Shown: positions 1-9,899 of the stretch, in pieces | Position numbering within the stretch: the first letter of the stretch is position 1 | How the letters are laid out: the number at the start of each line of letters is the position of its first letter | Source: an uncultured Acidobacteriota bacterium | Lineage (GTDB): Bacteria > Acidobacteriota > UBA6911 > RPQK01 > CBDAPI01 | DNA length: 64,000 bases | Direction: 5' to 3' | Assembly (NCBI GenBank): GCA_964565865.1 | Contig: CAZMGM010000010.1 | Coordinates: 5,897-69,896 of the forward strand | Translations under genes and position numbers: made by a program | The notes under the pieces: generated by a model | Told to the model about the DNA's origin: nothing | The model's database searches: none | What the model saw: the letters and a program-made list of their open reading frames with translations, nothing else

Positions 1-297
1 CTTCGAGATATCCCCTTCTACAGCTCTAATCTTTTCCTGCAAAAACTCGGGTAAGTCTTCCCCGTACAAACCCCGCAGGCGATCGAAGGCACTTGATGTA
101 TAAATCTCCCGCTCCAACCTAGTCTGGACGGAAAGAACTCTACCCCTCAGTCTCTGGGAGGGACGAATCAAGGCATAAATTCTCTCAACCGTAGGTGCAG
201 CAAAAAGAATCTTCTCAATTAGAGGTTGCCCCAGAAAGCCCGTTGCTCCGGTTACAAGAATCCTCTTTTTTTTCAGGTATTCGGCAATTCCCTGCAT
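1..297 (-). CDS. Fatty acyl-CoA reductase-like (extended SDR, male-sterility/NAD_binding_4) protein, N-terminal part; runs off the window edge
   Basis: Manual translation from ATG at 297: MQGIAEYLKKKRILVTGATGFLGQPLIEKILFAAPTVERIYALIRP...IRAVEGDISK. TGATGFLG Rossmann motif and IYALIR segment are typical of FARs. Confidence 0.8.
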   Translation of the reverse strand, partial: MQGIAEYLKKKRILVTGATGFLGQPLIEKILFAAPTVERIYALIRPSQRLRGRVLSVQTRLEREIYTSSAFDRLRGLYGEDLPEFLQEKIRAVEGDISK

Positions 298-346
298 AAA
301 CCGATCCTATGAACGCCTCCCCCCTTAAAGAAAAGACCTCTTACTT

Positions 347-1207
347 CTAACGGATAACCACTTTTAGGCTCCGGGGTAGAATTCTCGCTTTTACCGGGGT
401 ACCCCCGCACACATCTCCATCCAACATCTTTGCTGTCGGGACCTCGGTTCGAATGTCCACCGAAGCAGCCTTAAAGAGTGAAAAACTCGGGTGCTTGAGG
501 TGGCTTCCCGTATAGACCCTAGGGAAATTAGCCATCAGATCAAGTTTGCCGATTTTACCAACCACGACAATATCAAACAGCCCGTCGTCAACCTTCGCGT
601 CCGGTGCAAACTGGAGCCCTCCTCCGGTAAAGGGTGTATTTAAGACTAGTACAGACGTACAGTCCTGACTCAGAATCTGGTTGTCAAGCTCAATCTCCAT
701 TGCTACCGGTTTCATTTTCCAGAGCGCCTTGTAGATTGCTACTATGAATGCCAGGTGTCCCCTCAGCCACTTCAACCGGTTGCTCTCATCCGCGACCTGG
801 GCTGGGAATCCCACACCCAAAACGGATAGAAAATGCCGCCCGCCCGCCATTCCTACATCGACACGTTTACTCTGCCCATTCTGGGAAATCTCTAGAGCGG
901 CTGCAAGGTGATTGCAGGGTAAACCCAGGCTCCGCGCAATATCGTTTCCTGTCCCTACTGAGAGAATTGCTAGCTCTGTTGGGGAACCTACTACCGAGTC
1001 GACTACCTCGCGGATCGTCCCATCGCCCCCCATTACCCCAAGACGAGACTCCTCCTTCGCAACGAGTTCACGGGCAAATCTGGTGGCATCGCCTGGACCA
1101 GCTGTTTCCAGAATCTCTATTCCAAGCCCAGCTCCTAGTTGCCGAAGTTCCTCGATCGAGACTTGTCCGCGGCCAAATCCGGCCGAAGGGTTAGCAATTA
1201 CCTTCAT
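347..1207 (-). CDS. Diacylglycerol kinase family lipid kinase (YegS/DagK-like)
   Basis: NPSAG, GGDGT and GTGND motifs; C-terminal LDGD. Confidence 0.9.
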   Translation of the reverse strand: MKVIANPSAGFGRGQVSIEELRQLGAGLGIEILETAGPGDATRFARELVAKEESRLGVMGGDGTIREVVDSVVGSPTELAILSVGTGNDIARSLGLPCNHLAAALEISQNGQSKRVDVGMAGGRHFLSVLGVGFPAQVADESNRLKWLRGHLAFIVAIYKALWKMKPVAMEIELDNQILSQDCTSVLVLNTPFTGGGLQFAPDAKVDDGLFDIVVVGKIGKLDLMANFPRVYTGSHLKHPSFSLFKAASVDIRTEVPTAKMLDGDVCGGTPVKARILPRSLKVVIR

Positions 1208-1260
1208 TTTTGCTGCGAGTATACCAACCTGCGAACCGGTAATTAGGTCTTTTGGCGGTA

Positions 1261-1399
1261 ACTTTCACAACTTCTTAAGAATGGTTTTATATATAAATAT
1301 GTATTTTTGATGGTAGTAGTAGGCTCTGTGGAAACTGTGCGAATCCTGATCTGAACAGGGAAGACCCTGTGAAAGAGGACACCTATTGATTGAGGATAA
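1261..1399. other. Candidate chromosomal replication origin unwinding module (DnaA boxes, DnaA-trios, AT-rich cluster)
   Basis: Minus strand reads ATTCGCACA GTTTCCACA GAGC CTACTACTACCATC AAAAATACATATTTATATATAAAA. Further one-mismatch boxes at 1368-1376 and 1391-1399. Flanking genes diverge from this point. Confidence 0.65.
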
Positions 1400-1551
1400 A
1401 CTTGAGGGGTAGCCCCTTGAGGCGTGGGTGCGCAGCATGCACAGGGCGTACACAGCGGCTTCTGTAGATATGCGTTACCTTACCTTGTCGTTCCAATTGT
1501 CTTCGATGGGATATCCTGGAGAAGGCCACCCGGGTGGCAACATATTCAGCC

Positions 1552-1650
1552 GGAGGCACGACCTGTCTGGTGATGGGCCTGGTCTTCAAAACCAGTTGAG
1601 CTGCGGCGAGAGTCGTGGCTGGTGGGTTCGATTCCCATGTGCCTCCGCCA
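1552..1650 (+). tRNA. selC: tRNA-Sec (anticodon UCA)
   Basis: 8-bp acceptor stem GGAGGCAC/GTGCCTCC, 6-bp D stem, CTGGT-CTTCAAA-ACCAG anticodon arm, long variable arm with GAGA loop, TTCGATT T-loop, GCCA end. Confidence 0.97.
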
Positions 1651-1843
1651 GCGTTATTCGGGTGAAGGATCATAGTTATTTCCTAGACAAAAGACCGGAG
1701 TTTATTCCACCCGGGACCATGTTTTCTCTAATGGGATTGTTATCGGGTTAGACAAGGTCGGTGCCGGAGCAAGCCATGGGGCGGAGGCGGGTTGTAGCCT
1801 GTTGCTCTTCGCACCTCACGGGAAAGTGGCAAACAGTAGAGGA

Positions 1844-2884
1844 GTGAAGAACACATTGGTATTAAAATACAACGCCGTAGCTGTTCAGACGGACTTTCCC
1901 AACCCAGCTTCCCGTGCCGAAATGAAGAATAATACGGCTCGGATGTTGCAGTTGATCACAATGGCAGTAGAAGGCTACAAGCCTTTTCTTCCGGTCAAAC
2001 TGGTTGTTTTTCCGGAGTTCGCGCATGCAGCCCCTGTTTACAATACGCTTAAGGAATTGGTTTCCCGGCTGGGTGTGCGCATTCCCAATGAGCACACGGA
2101 AGCGCTGGGAAAAAAGGCACGGGAGTTCGGCCTCTGGGTTCAAACGGGATCCATGCTGGAGATCGACGAGAAATACCCGGGGGCCCTCTTTAATACTACA
2201 TGCTTAGTAGGTCCTCAGGGGATCGAGTTCAAGTACAGAAAGATTTATCCCTGGATTCCGTGGGAGGTCCATACGAGCCCACACGACATTGCAGGTTATG
2301 AGGAAGAATTGTATCCCGTGGCCGAGACGCCAATAGGGCGAATTGGAGCCGCGATCTGTTATGACTGGCTTTTTCCAGAGGTATTACGGCAGCTTGCGGC
2401 GAACGGAGCGGAGGTCCTGATTCGAGTCTCCGCCTATATGGAGCCTTTTGGTATGACCGAGCCCATGGACTGGTGGACGGTTGTGAACCGCTGCCGGGCG
2501 CTGGAAAACTTGTGCTACGTCGTTGCGGCTAATCAGGGAGCCTCCCTGAAAAACTATCCGCCGTTTTCCTGGCCCGGGGGTAGCATGGTTATAGACCACG
2601 ACGGGCGAATTGTGAGCCAGGCGAGCCCCGGGGGTGGGGAAAAGATCGTGGTGGGCCCGGTTAATATCGACCTTCTGCGACAAGAGAAGGAGGACCGGCA
2701 AGCCCATCAAATGCTGGCTCATTTAAGGACGGAAGCACATCCGCTGTATACGCGATCGATTTATCCGGCAGGCACCTTCGGTCGGGGTGAGGGGACCTAT
2801 GATGAGAATGTAAGCCGAATTGAGAAGGTAAAGAAGAAGATTGGGCACGGCCCCTCACTGGGTAAACGGCGGGACGGGGAGTAA
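1844..2884 (+). CDS. Nitrilase/carbon-nitrogen hydrolase family protein (amidase-like)
   Basis: Glu-Lys-Cys triad motifs FPEF, YRKIYP, AICYD. Start uncertain (GTG 1844 or TTG 1802). Confidence 0.88.
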   Translation: MKNTLVLKYNAVAVQTDFPNPASRAEMKNNTARMLQLITMAVEGYKPFLPVKLVVFPEFAHAAPVYNTLKELVSRLGVRIPNEHTEALGKKAREFGLWVQTGSMLEIDEKYPGALFNTTCLVGPQGIEFKYRKIYPWIPWEVHTSPHDIAGYEEELYPVAETPIGRIGAAICYDWLFPEVLRQLAANGAEVLIRVSAYMEPFGMTEPMDWWTVVNRCRALENLCYVVAANQGASLKNYPPFSWPGGSMVIDHDGRIVSQASPGGGEKIVVGPVNIDLLRQEKEDRQAHQMLAHLRTEAHPLYTRSIYPAGTFGRGEGTYDENVSRIEKVKKKIGHGPSLGKRRDGE

Positions 2885-3114
2885 GTACTCTTTGGGCTTG
2901 GTCCCACGGTGTGGCCAGCCCTGTTTCCCTGGAGCCAGGAAAAGGTGGAGGCAAGTTGCAGATATGTAGCCTGGGGCTCTCCGGGAAAGACCGCTTGGCC
3001 ACGAAGCCCTAGAACCTGAGACTGATCCCTGGATTCCTCGAAAGGCAGATTTATTGATGGGGATCCAAGGGGTTTGGTACCATATCGGTTCTTCAATTCC
3101 TTGAGGGTTGATCA

Positions 3115-3255
3115 GTGAAACGGACCTATCAGCCAAACAACCGGCGGCGCAGAAAGAAGCATGGCTTCAGGGCCCGCATGCGCACGAAGTCAGGGAGATT
3201 AATCCTGAAGAGACGCCGGGCGAGAGGGCGGAAAAGGTTGACCGTGAGTGGCTAG
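3115..3255 (+). CDS. rpmH: 50S ribosomal protein L34
   Basis: Manual translation from GTG: [46 protein letters not shown]. Not in the ORF track (short). Confidence 0.97.
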   Translation: MKRTYQPNNRRRRKKHGFRARMRTKSGRLILKRRRARGRKRLTVSG

Positions 3256-3294
3256 CAACTGGTGCTTCGTTCGGAGGACAGCTTAGCAACTACG

Positions 3295-3654
3295 ATGCCT
3301 GGCCAGACCCTGAGCTGGGGCGAGCGTCTCCATAAGCGGAAGGACTTTCTGCGTCTATACAGTCGAGGACGGCGAGTTTACACACCTACGCAGGTTGGGT
3401 ATTTCCTTGAGAACGTCGGCGATCGACACCGATTGGGCGTTACGGTGTCGAGAAAAATCGGCAAAGCTGCCACTCGAAACCGTGTCAAAAGAAGCCTTCG
3501 CGAGTTGTTCAGAACCAGCAAGAAACAGTGCCCTCCTTGCTTCGATATTGTCGTCAATGCCAGGAAGCCGGCCGCTAGGGCCTCGTATGCCGTCCTGAGA
3601 CGTGACTATTTGAGGGTTCTGGGTGGTATTGAAAAGAAGGACAACAAGCGGTGA
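3295..3654 (+). CDS. rnpA: Ribonuclease P protein component
   Basis: [25 protein letters not shown] (RNR motif); synteny after rpmH. Alternative GTG start at 3262. Confidence 0.93.
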   Translation: MPGQTLSWGERLHKRKDFLRLYSRGRRVYTPTQVGYFLENVGDRHRLGVTVSRKIGKAATRNRVKRSLRELFRTSKKQCPPCFDIVVNARKPAARASYAVLRRDYLRVLGGIEKKDNKR

Positions 3655-3902
3655 GACCTATGGCACCCGTTGAGTATGTATTGACGGCAGCTTTTCGCGG
3701 CTATCAACTTGTGGTCTCTCCGCTGCTACCCCCTACCTGTCGTTACTACCCCTCCTGCTCTAGTTATGGATTGCAGGCGATTGAAAGGTGGGGCGTGGCA
3801 AAGGGGTTGTTGCTGGGCCTGTATAGACTTCTTCGTTGCCACCCCTGGGCCTCCGGCGGGCTCGACCCGGTGCCAGGCTGTTCTGATGGAAACCAGCAAT
3901 GA
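3651..3902 (+). CDS. yidD: Membrane protein insertion efficiency factor
   Basis: [10 protein letters not shown]...RLLRCHPW...GGLDPVP; synteny. Confidence 0.93.
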   Translation: MRPMAPVEYVLTAAFRGYQLVVSPLLPPTCRYYPSCSSYGLQAIERWGVAKGLLLGLYRLLRCHPWASGGLDPVPGCSDGNQQ

Positions 3903-5626
3903 CTGTGCCCGGTTTTGGCTCCAGTGACAACGAGAAACGCCTCTTTCTTGCCCTAGTCCTTTCTACCCTGGTCCTTTTGGCCACGCCGTATATATTGCAC
4001 CGTCTCAACCCACCACCGCCCACCGGTGCCCCGATAGAGACAAGAGGTGAAGCCCCTGCACCCCCGGAAAACCCCGTGCCCCCAGAAAGCCCTTCTGCGG
4101 TGGAGAGCACCGAAGTTCCATTAGTGCCGCTCCTCAGAGAGGACGTTTTAGGTGTGATGCGGGAGATCGTGCTGGGGAATGAAGATATGGAATTGCGGTT
4201 CTCGACGCGGGGTGGGCTGATCAGTAGTATTCGCCTCTTGACCTATTTTGAGGAAGGAGAACCCCTGGAATTGCTGCCGCAGAATATTCCCTCGGCGCTA
4301 CCCCGGCCGCTACAGATTGCGACGGATGACTCGCGAGTCCAGGACCTGCTGGACCAAGCGGTATACGAAGTTCAAGGTATGGGCCCAGGCGGGGCACAGG
4401 TACTGCGGGAGATGCAACTTGTCTACCAGCGCGGCGAAATCCGGGTGGAGAGAACCGTGACACTTCCTCCCAGCGGCTATGTATTTGAAGTAACAACACG
4501 CCTTTACCGCGGTGGCGAGCGCCTACCAGTTCAGGTCTCTCTGGGATCCGGAATGGGCCCCGTGCGGGCGACGCCTGAGAATGACTTTGCGAGTCCCGGT
4601 GTCGCTGTCGGTACCACCGAGACGGTCAGCCGATACTGGGAGGATGACCTCCAGGGCGGAGTCAATCTACCTGGCAGTAACTGGTTGGCAGTCGACAGTC
4701 AGTACTTCGCTCGAGCTCTTTTAGCGGAGCCTCTGGGGTCCATTCAGATGGCTATCCACCCTGTACAAGCTGAAGGGGAAGATGGGGTGACGGTTGGCCT
4801 CTTTTCGGCACGGGCGACGGCACCACCCAATGGACGGCTGCGGGTTTTCTTTGGCCCCAAGGAACTGGAGACCCTTGGTAGTGCCGGTTCCAACCTAGGG
4901 GAACTCGTCGACTTTGGCTGGTTTTCGTTTCTTGTTAAGCCACTTCTTTTCATGCTGAAGTGGGTTTACGCGTTTGTACAGAACTACGGCTGGGCCATCA
5001 TTATTCTGACTTTTCTGATCAACCTGGTACTGGTCCCCATCCGTTACAAGCAGATTGTTTCAATGAAGAAGATGACCGAGCTGCAACCGCAGTTGAAGGC
5101 GATACAGAATCGGTATAAGGGTCTTCCTCGAAGGGACCCAAAGAAGCAGGAAATGAACAAGGAAGTAATGGGTCTGTATAAGCAGCATGGGGTCAATCCT
5201 TTGGGGAGCTGCCTCCCGTTGCTGCTACAGATGCCCTTCCTGTTTGCCTTTTACCGGATGCTCTGGACTTCGGTTGAGCTGCGGGGAGCACCCTTTATTC
5301 TCTGGATAGAAGATCTTTCCAAGTACGATCCCTACTATGTTACGCCCATTCTGATGGGGGCGACCATGCTGGCCCAGCAAAAAATGAGTCCGAGTACCGG
5401 CGATCCGTCGCAGCAACGAATGATGATGATGATGCCGGTCGTCTTCACGGCGCTCTTCCTGCGTGTCTCCAGCGGTTTGGCGTTGTATTTCCTGTTTAGC
5501 AATGTTTTCGGGATGTTGTTTCAGGTGATCGTCCAGCGAATGAGTCCGGAGCTGTCGAAGACACCACCCAAGGTCTCCAGCAATCCCAAAAAGAATTCAA
5601 GGGGCAGGAAGAGGAAGAGCCGATAA
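3899..5626 (+). CDS. yidC: Membrane protein insertase YidC
   Basis: [43 protein letters not shown]. Confidence 0.96.
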   Translation: MTVPGFGSSDNEKRLFLALVLSTLVLLATPYILHRLNPPPPTGAPIETRGEAPAPPENPVPPESPSAVESTEVPLVPLLREDVLGVMREIVLGNEDMELRFSTRGGLISSIRLLTYFEEGEPLELLPQNIPSALPRPLQIATDDSRVQDLLDQAVYEVQGMGPGGAQVLREMQLVYQRGEIRVERTVTLPPSGYVFEVTTRLYRGGERLPVQVSLGSGMGPVRATPENDFASPGVAVGTTETVSRYWEDDLQGGVNLPGSNWLAVDSQYFARALLAEPLGSIQMAIHPVQAEGEDGVTVGLFSARATAPPNGRLRVFFGPKELETLGSAGSNLGELVDFGWFSFLVKPLLFMLKWVYAFVQNYGWAIIILTFLINLVLVPIRYKQIVSMKKMTELQPQLKAIQNRYKGLPRRDPKKQEMNKEVMGLYKQHGVNPLGSCLPLLLQMPFLFAFYRMLWTSVELRGAPFILWIEDLSKYDPYYVTPILMGATMLAQQKMSPSTGDPSQQRMMMMMPVVFTALFLRVSSGLALYFLFSNVFGMLFQVIVQRMSPELSKTPPKVSSNPKKNSRGRKRKSR

Positions 5627-5630
5627 GGCC

Positions 5631-6089
5631 ATGGCCGACGAGATCGTTGAGAAAGTCCGACAGTTCGCTGAGCAGCTCCTGGATCGAGCCCGACTAGATT
5701 TAAAGGTACGGGTGGAAACGAGTCAGCGTAAAGTTGTGGTTGAACTTTCGGGTCAGGATTCGGGGCTAGTTCTGACCGAAAACGCCCGCCTTCTGCACGC
5801 CGTGAACCATCTTGTGAGCCAGAGTTTTTATCGAAGGGGCCGGGGGCAGCATAGATTTGTTGTGGACTGCAATGGGTACCGGGCCACCCGCACTGTCGAG
5901 CTTGAGCTGCTAGCTGACAAAGCTGCCGACAAAGCTGCCCGGAGCGGCCACCCCTTTGGTTTCCAGCCGATGCCGGCCGGTGATAGGCGGATCATCCACC
6001 TGTTCCTCGCAGACCGGCAAGAGGTCAGGACCGAGAGTGACGGACGAGGGACGCATCGTCGCGTCATCGTTATACCTGAAAACGATTGA
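5631..6089 (+). CDS. jag: Jag/KhpB RNA-binding protein, short KH + R3H form
   Basis: PMPAGDRRIIH R3H motif, TESDGRG; position after yidC. Confidence 0.85.
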   Translation: MADEIVEKVRQFAEQLLDRARLDLKVRVETSQRKVVVELSGQDSGLVLTENARLLHAVNHLVSQSFYRRGRGQHRFVVDCNGYRATRTVELELLADKAADKAARSGHPFGFQPMPAGDRRIIHLFLADRQEVRTESDGRGTHRRVIVIPEND

Positions 6090-7462
6090 GAGCCTCTGAA
6101 GAGGACCATATTGTTGCACTGGCGACCGCTCCCGGCAGAGCCGCGCTCGCCGTGGTTCGTATTTCGGGTCCAAGTTCTAAATCTATCGCCAGAAAGATCT
6201 TTCGGCCCTGGCCTGAGCCCGAAATCGTGGCTCGCAGCCCCGTTCTAGGCCGGATTGAATCGGAATCCGGCGAAGTATTGGATCAGGTTCTGTTGACCTG
6301 GTTTCCTGGCCCAGCCTCCTATACCGGGGAAGAAGTGGTCGAAGTATCTTGTCACGGAAGCCCGTTCATTGCGGGGCAGATTGTAGAGCTGTTGATCCGT
6401 ACCGGTGCCCGGCTGGCGGAGCCGGGCGAGTTTACAAAAAGAGCCTTTCTCAATGGGAAGTTGGACCTTACCCAGGCCGAGGCCGTTCGTGATCTGATTG
6501 AGAGTCAGACAGTGTTTCAGTCCCGGCTAGCAACGGAGCAACTCGGGGGAAGCCTCTCCAGACGCCTCGAACCGATCAAAACAGAACTAATCAATGTTCT
6601 CAGTCACATGGAGACTGCGCTGGAGTTTGTGGATGATGAGGTCGAGCCGGAGCAGAGCAAGCTGCTTCAAGAACGCCTGGACAGGCTGCAGGCGAGAATT
6701 TCCGGGCTAGAGGAGGGATTCGAGTTGGGTCAACTTGTTAGGTCCGGAATTGCCGTGGTCATCACAGGCGCCCCTAATGCCGGTAAGTCTAGTGTTTTCA
6801 ATTCTTTACTTAAGAATGATCGGGCCCTGGTGACGTCTATTCCGGGCACCACACGAGATGCTGTGACGGGAATGATCAGCATTCAGGGCTGGCCGGCACG
6901 CCTGATTGACACAGCGGGAATACGGACGGCAAGAGATCGGGTCGAAGAACTTGGCATCGCGAAGACCCTCGAATACTTGGCCAGCGCGGACGTGGTGCTC
7001 TTTGTTCTGGATGGGAACCGGCCCTTCGGGTCAGAAGAGCGCGAGATCTGGGACCTGGTGCGGGATAAGGGGACGATCCTGGTTGTGAACAAGAGCGACC
7101 TTCCGCAGAAAATCTGTTTGCCCCCCGAAGCGAAGACTTCAGAGCGTCAGAGGCTCTCGACCTCGGCCCTGAAAGGGGATGGCATGAAGGATCTCGTAGC
7201 TGCCGTATGGCGCGAGGTAAATCTGACATCGCAGATTGAAAAGGACACCTTTTTCTTAACCAGCATTCGTCACTATGAGGCTATTGTAAAGGCTAGGGAA
7301 TGGCTGACCAGGGGCATGGAGGCCTATCGCCAGGGATGGAGCGAAGAATTCCCAATTCACGACTTTCGGAAGGCGCTGGAGGCCCTTGGGACGATTACCG
7401 GTGATACCACGGTAGAAGACATTCTAGACCAGATTTTTTCGACGTTCTGCATTGGTAAATAA
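6086..7462 (+). CDS. mnmE: tRNA modification GTPase MnmE
   Basis: GAPNAGKSS, GTTRD, DTAG, NKSD and C-terminal FCIGK. Confidence 0.97.
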   Translation: MRASEEDHIVALATAPGRAALAVVRISGPSSKSIARKIFRPWPEPEIVARSPVLGRIESESGEVLDQVLLTWFPGPASYTGEEVVEVSCHGSPFIAGQIVELLIRTGARLAEPGEFTKRAFLNGKLDLTQAEAVRDLIESQTVFQSRLATEQLGGSLSRRLEPIKTELINVLSHMETALEFVDDEVEPEQSKLLQERLDRLQARISGLEEGFELGQLVRSGIAVVITGAPNAGKSSVFNSLLKNDRALVTSIPGTTRDAVTGMISIQGWPARLIDTAGIRTARDRVEELGIAKTLEYLASADVVLFVLDGNRPFGSEEREIWDLVRDKGTILVVNKSDLPQKICLPPEAKTSERQRLSTSALKGDGMKDLVAAVWREVNLTSQIEKDTFFLTSIRHYEAIVKAREWLTRGMEAYRQGWSEEFPIHDFRKALEALGTITGDTTVEDILDQIFSTFCIGK

Positions 7463-7538
7463 GGCCTCCCGCCGTTTGCTGTGATTTGTTCCCGGTGTCT
7501 TGGGTGGCGCCAACACACACGACTTTCACCACGTACGG

Positions 7539-8375
7539 CTAGGCAATTAGAGCTTCGAAAAGGCGGTCCAGTTCCTCCCCGTTATGGAAATGGAAAACGA
7601 GCCGCCCGATGCCCTTCCTATCTTGCTGAATTTCTATTTTTGTTTGGAAGCGTTCTTCCAGCCGTTGTTGAGCCGCTCGCACATGGGGATCATTGGAGGC
7701 CGATATTTTTCTTGGTGCGGGATGAAGGAGATGTTGAACGACCCTTTCTGTCTGACGAACCGAAAGAGCGCGACGCGCGATGCGCTCAGCGAGCTGCTTT
7801 TGCTGGCTTGCGGGCAGAGGAAGCAGGGCCCGGGCATGCCCCATGGAAAGGGAGCCTTCCAGGAGCATATGTTGGACGCTCTTTGGCAAGTTGAGAAGTC
7901 GGAGGGTATTGGCTACGGCACTACGGCTTCTTCCGACCCGTTGCGCCACCTCCTCCTGAGATAGGTGGAATGTCTCGACAAGCACCTGGTAGGCGTGTGC
8001 CTCCTCGATGGCGGTGAGGTCTTCTCGCTGAATGTTTTCTACCAGGGCCAGCTCCAGCATCTTTTCGTCTGATGCGTCCTGGACGACTGCGGGAAGGGAG
8101 GACAGCCCGGCCCGTTGAGCTGCTCTCCAGCGTCGTTCTCCCGCGATCAGTTCGTATTCATTGCTGCTGGTGCGACGACGTACGACGATGGGCTGGAGGA
8201 CCCCGTTTTCGGAAATGGAGTCGGCCAGCCGTTCGATGTGGGCGGTCCCGACCTGCATGCGCGGCTGGAGCCCGTTCGGCTTGATCAGGTGGATGTCAAT
8301 CTGACGGAGCCCGTTCTCCAGGGCGGGCTCCGGGAGGAGGGCGTCCAGACCTTTTCCCAGGACATTACGTTTCAT
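7539..8375 (-). CDS. parB: Chromosome partitioning protein ParB
   Basis: LGKGLDALL, GERRWRA, LVENIQREDL, HTH. Confidence 0.96.
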   Translation of the reverse strand: MKRNVLGKGLDALLPEPALENGLRQIDIHLIKPNGLQPRMQVGTAHIERLADSISENGVLQPIVVRRRTSSNEYELIAGERRWRAAQRAGLSSLPAVVQDASDEKMLELALVENIQREDLTAIEEAHAYQVLVETFHLSQEEVAQRVGRSRSAVANTLRLLNLPKSVQHMLLEGSLSMGHARALLPLPASQQKQLAERIARRALSVRQTERVVQHLLHPAPRKISASNDPHVRAAQQRLEERFQTKIEIQQDRKGIGRLVFHFHNGEELDRLFEALIA

Positions 8376-8380
8376 AGGTA

Positions 8381-9166
8381 CTAACCCACCTTGGCTGTCC
8401 GCTCCTGCGAGCGGGAAAGAATCTCACCGGCCAGAGCAATGTAGCTGTTGGCTCCTTTGCACCGGGCATCGTAGAGGAACACGGGTTGTCCGAAACTGGG
8501 GGATTCGGCCAGACGTACATTACGGGGGATAATCGTCTGAAGCAGTTGAGGACCCAGATGCCGACTTAGATCCCCCCGAACCTGATTGGCTAGATTGAGC
8601 CGGTCGTCGTACATGGTCAGCAGCACACCTTCAATTTCCAGGCCGGGATTCAAGTGGCTTCGGACACGAGAGACTGTCCGGAAAAGCTCGGATAGGCCCT
8701 CCAGGGCAAAGTACTCGCACTGGGTGGGAATGAGCAGGGAATCTGCTGCTACCAGAGCATTTAGTGTGAGGATTCCCAGCGAGGGGGGACAATCGATAAC
8801 TATATAGTGGTAGTTGTCGGAGACCGCTGGCATGAGGTTTCGAAGTCTTTGTTCCCGCTGAGGTAGCTCCAGAAGCTCGATAGTGGCACCGATGAGGCGC
8901 CGGTTAGCCGGCAGGATGTCCAGATGGGCCACTTGCGTTGAAAAGACAGCTTCGTTGGGAGGAGACTGGCCCAGCAGAACTTCATAAAGCGTGACCGGCA
9001 GCTTATCCCGTTCCAATCCCAGGCCGGAGGTGGCATTGCCCTGTGGATCGAGGTCGATAACCAGGACCGAGAGGTCAGCCGACGCCAGGGCCGTTCCCAG
9101 ATTGATGGCCGTTGTAGTCTTGCCAACGCCGCCCTTCTGGTTGGTAATTGCAATTACACGCGCCAT
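8381..9166 (-). CDS. parA: Chromosome partitioning ATPase ParA/Soj
   Basis: NQKGGVGKTT, DLDPQGN, IDCPPSLG. Confidence 0.96.
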   Translation of the reverse strand: MARVIAITNQKGGVGKTTTAINLGTALASADLSVLVIDLDPQGNATSGLGLERDKLPVTLYEVLLGQSPPNEAVFSTQVAHLDILPANRRLIGATIELLELPQREQRLRNLMPAVSDNYHYIVIDCPPSLGILTLNALVAADSLLIPTQCEYFALEGLSELFRTVSRVRSHLNPGLEIEGVLLTMYDDRLNLANQVRGDLSRHLGPQLLQTIIPRNVRLAESPSFGQPVFLYDARCKGANSYIALAGEILSRSQERTAKVG

Positions 9167-9210
9167 AAGGCGCAGAGTAGCAAAGGACTCTGGCAGGTTT
9201 TGGGTCAGAA

Positions 9211-9226
9211 TGTTTCACGTGAAACA
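9211..9226. promoter_or_regulatory. parS centromere-like site
   Basis: Perfect consensus TGTTTCACGTGAAACA inside a 22-bp palindrome (9208-9229), directly upstream of parA. Confidence 0.95.
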
Positions 9227-9271
9227 TTCCGCAACCACCTCGAAAAGTTCGGGATCTTCCTTTTGACGGTG

Positions 9272-9898
9272 TTACTTGAGTAGCAGTTGAGTCGCCACTC
9301 TTCGGCGGGATCCTGGAACAAGTAACTGCTTTACAATCATGTAGTTACGATATTCCAGAGACAACTCCGACGAGTGTAGTAGCAGTAGCACTTGCCGGTG
9401 TTTTCGAAGTCTTTCCATCAATCCCTGAGAGGGCTTGAGTGCCCGGATGCAGACCGTTCCCCCTGGTTTCCAGTCCTGATACTCTTGCCAGCGCAGAGGA
9501 TATACCGACACGTTGGGGAAATCGAGCTGGCGAATGACTGTTTCTAGAAAGAGGGCTTTCCGCGCCTTCTTTTCAATCAGTGTCAGAGTCAGCCCAGGGC
9601 GGTAGATCTTGGCTGCGAGCCCTGGAAAGCCTGCACCGCTGCCCACATCTGTCAAATCAGTCTGGTTGGTGAGAAAATGCTCCGCTATCCAGAAGCTTTC
9701 CAGAAAGTGAAACTGAAGGAGGCGCTGTAGCGACGGCTCGCAGATCAGATTCACCTTTTCCTGCCATTTTAGGAGTGTGTCAAGGTAGGTTTCCAGTCTC
9801 GAGAGCTGACCTGGACTCAAGGTCAGCTCGAAGCGGACCTGCATGCGGCGGACGAGGTGCCGCAATTCGGCGCTGGAATATAGAGGCCTGGCCGGCAT
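9272..9898 (-). CDS. rsmG: 16S rRNA m7G527 methyltransferase
   Basis: HFLES, DVGSGAGFPG; lies between mnmG and parA. Confidence 0.9.
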   Translation of the reverse strand: MPARPLYSSAELRHLVRRMQVRFELTLSPGQLSRLETYLDTLLKWQEKVNLICEPSLQRLLQFHFLESFWIAEHFLTNQTDLTDVGSGAGFPGLAAKIYRPGLTLTLIEKKARKALFLETVIRQLDFPNVSVYPLRWQEYQDWKPGGTVCIRALKPSQGLMERLRKHRQVLLLLHSSELSLEYRNYMIVKQLLVPGSRRRVATQLLLK

Positions 9899-9899
9899 T

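Noticed and set aside
1383-1751. ORFs overlapping 1383-1751
   Set aside because: They overlap tRNA-Sec and show no protein features.
3108-3335. 75-aa ORF from the track
   Set aside because: Alternative frame over the real rpmH gene.
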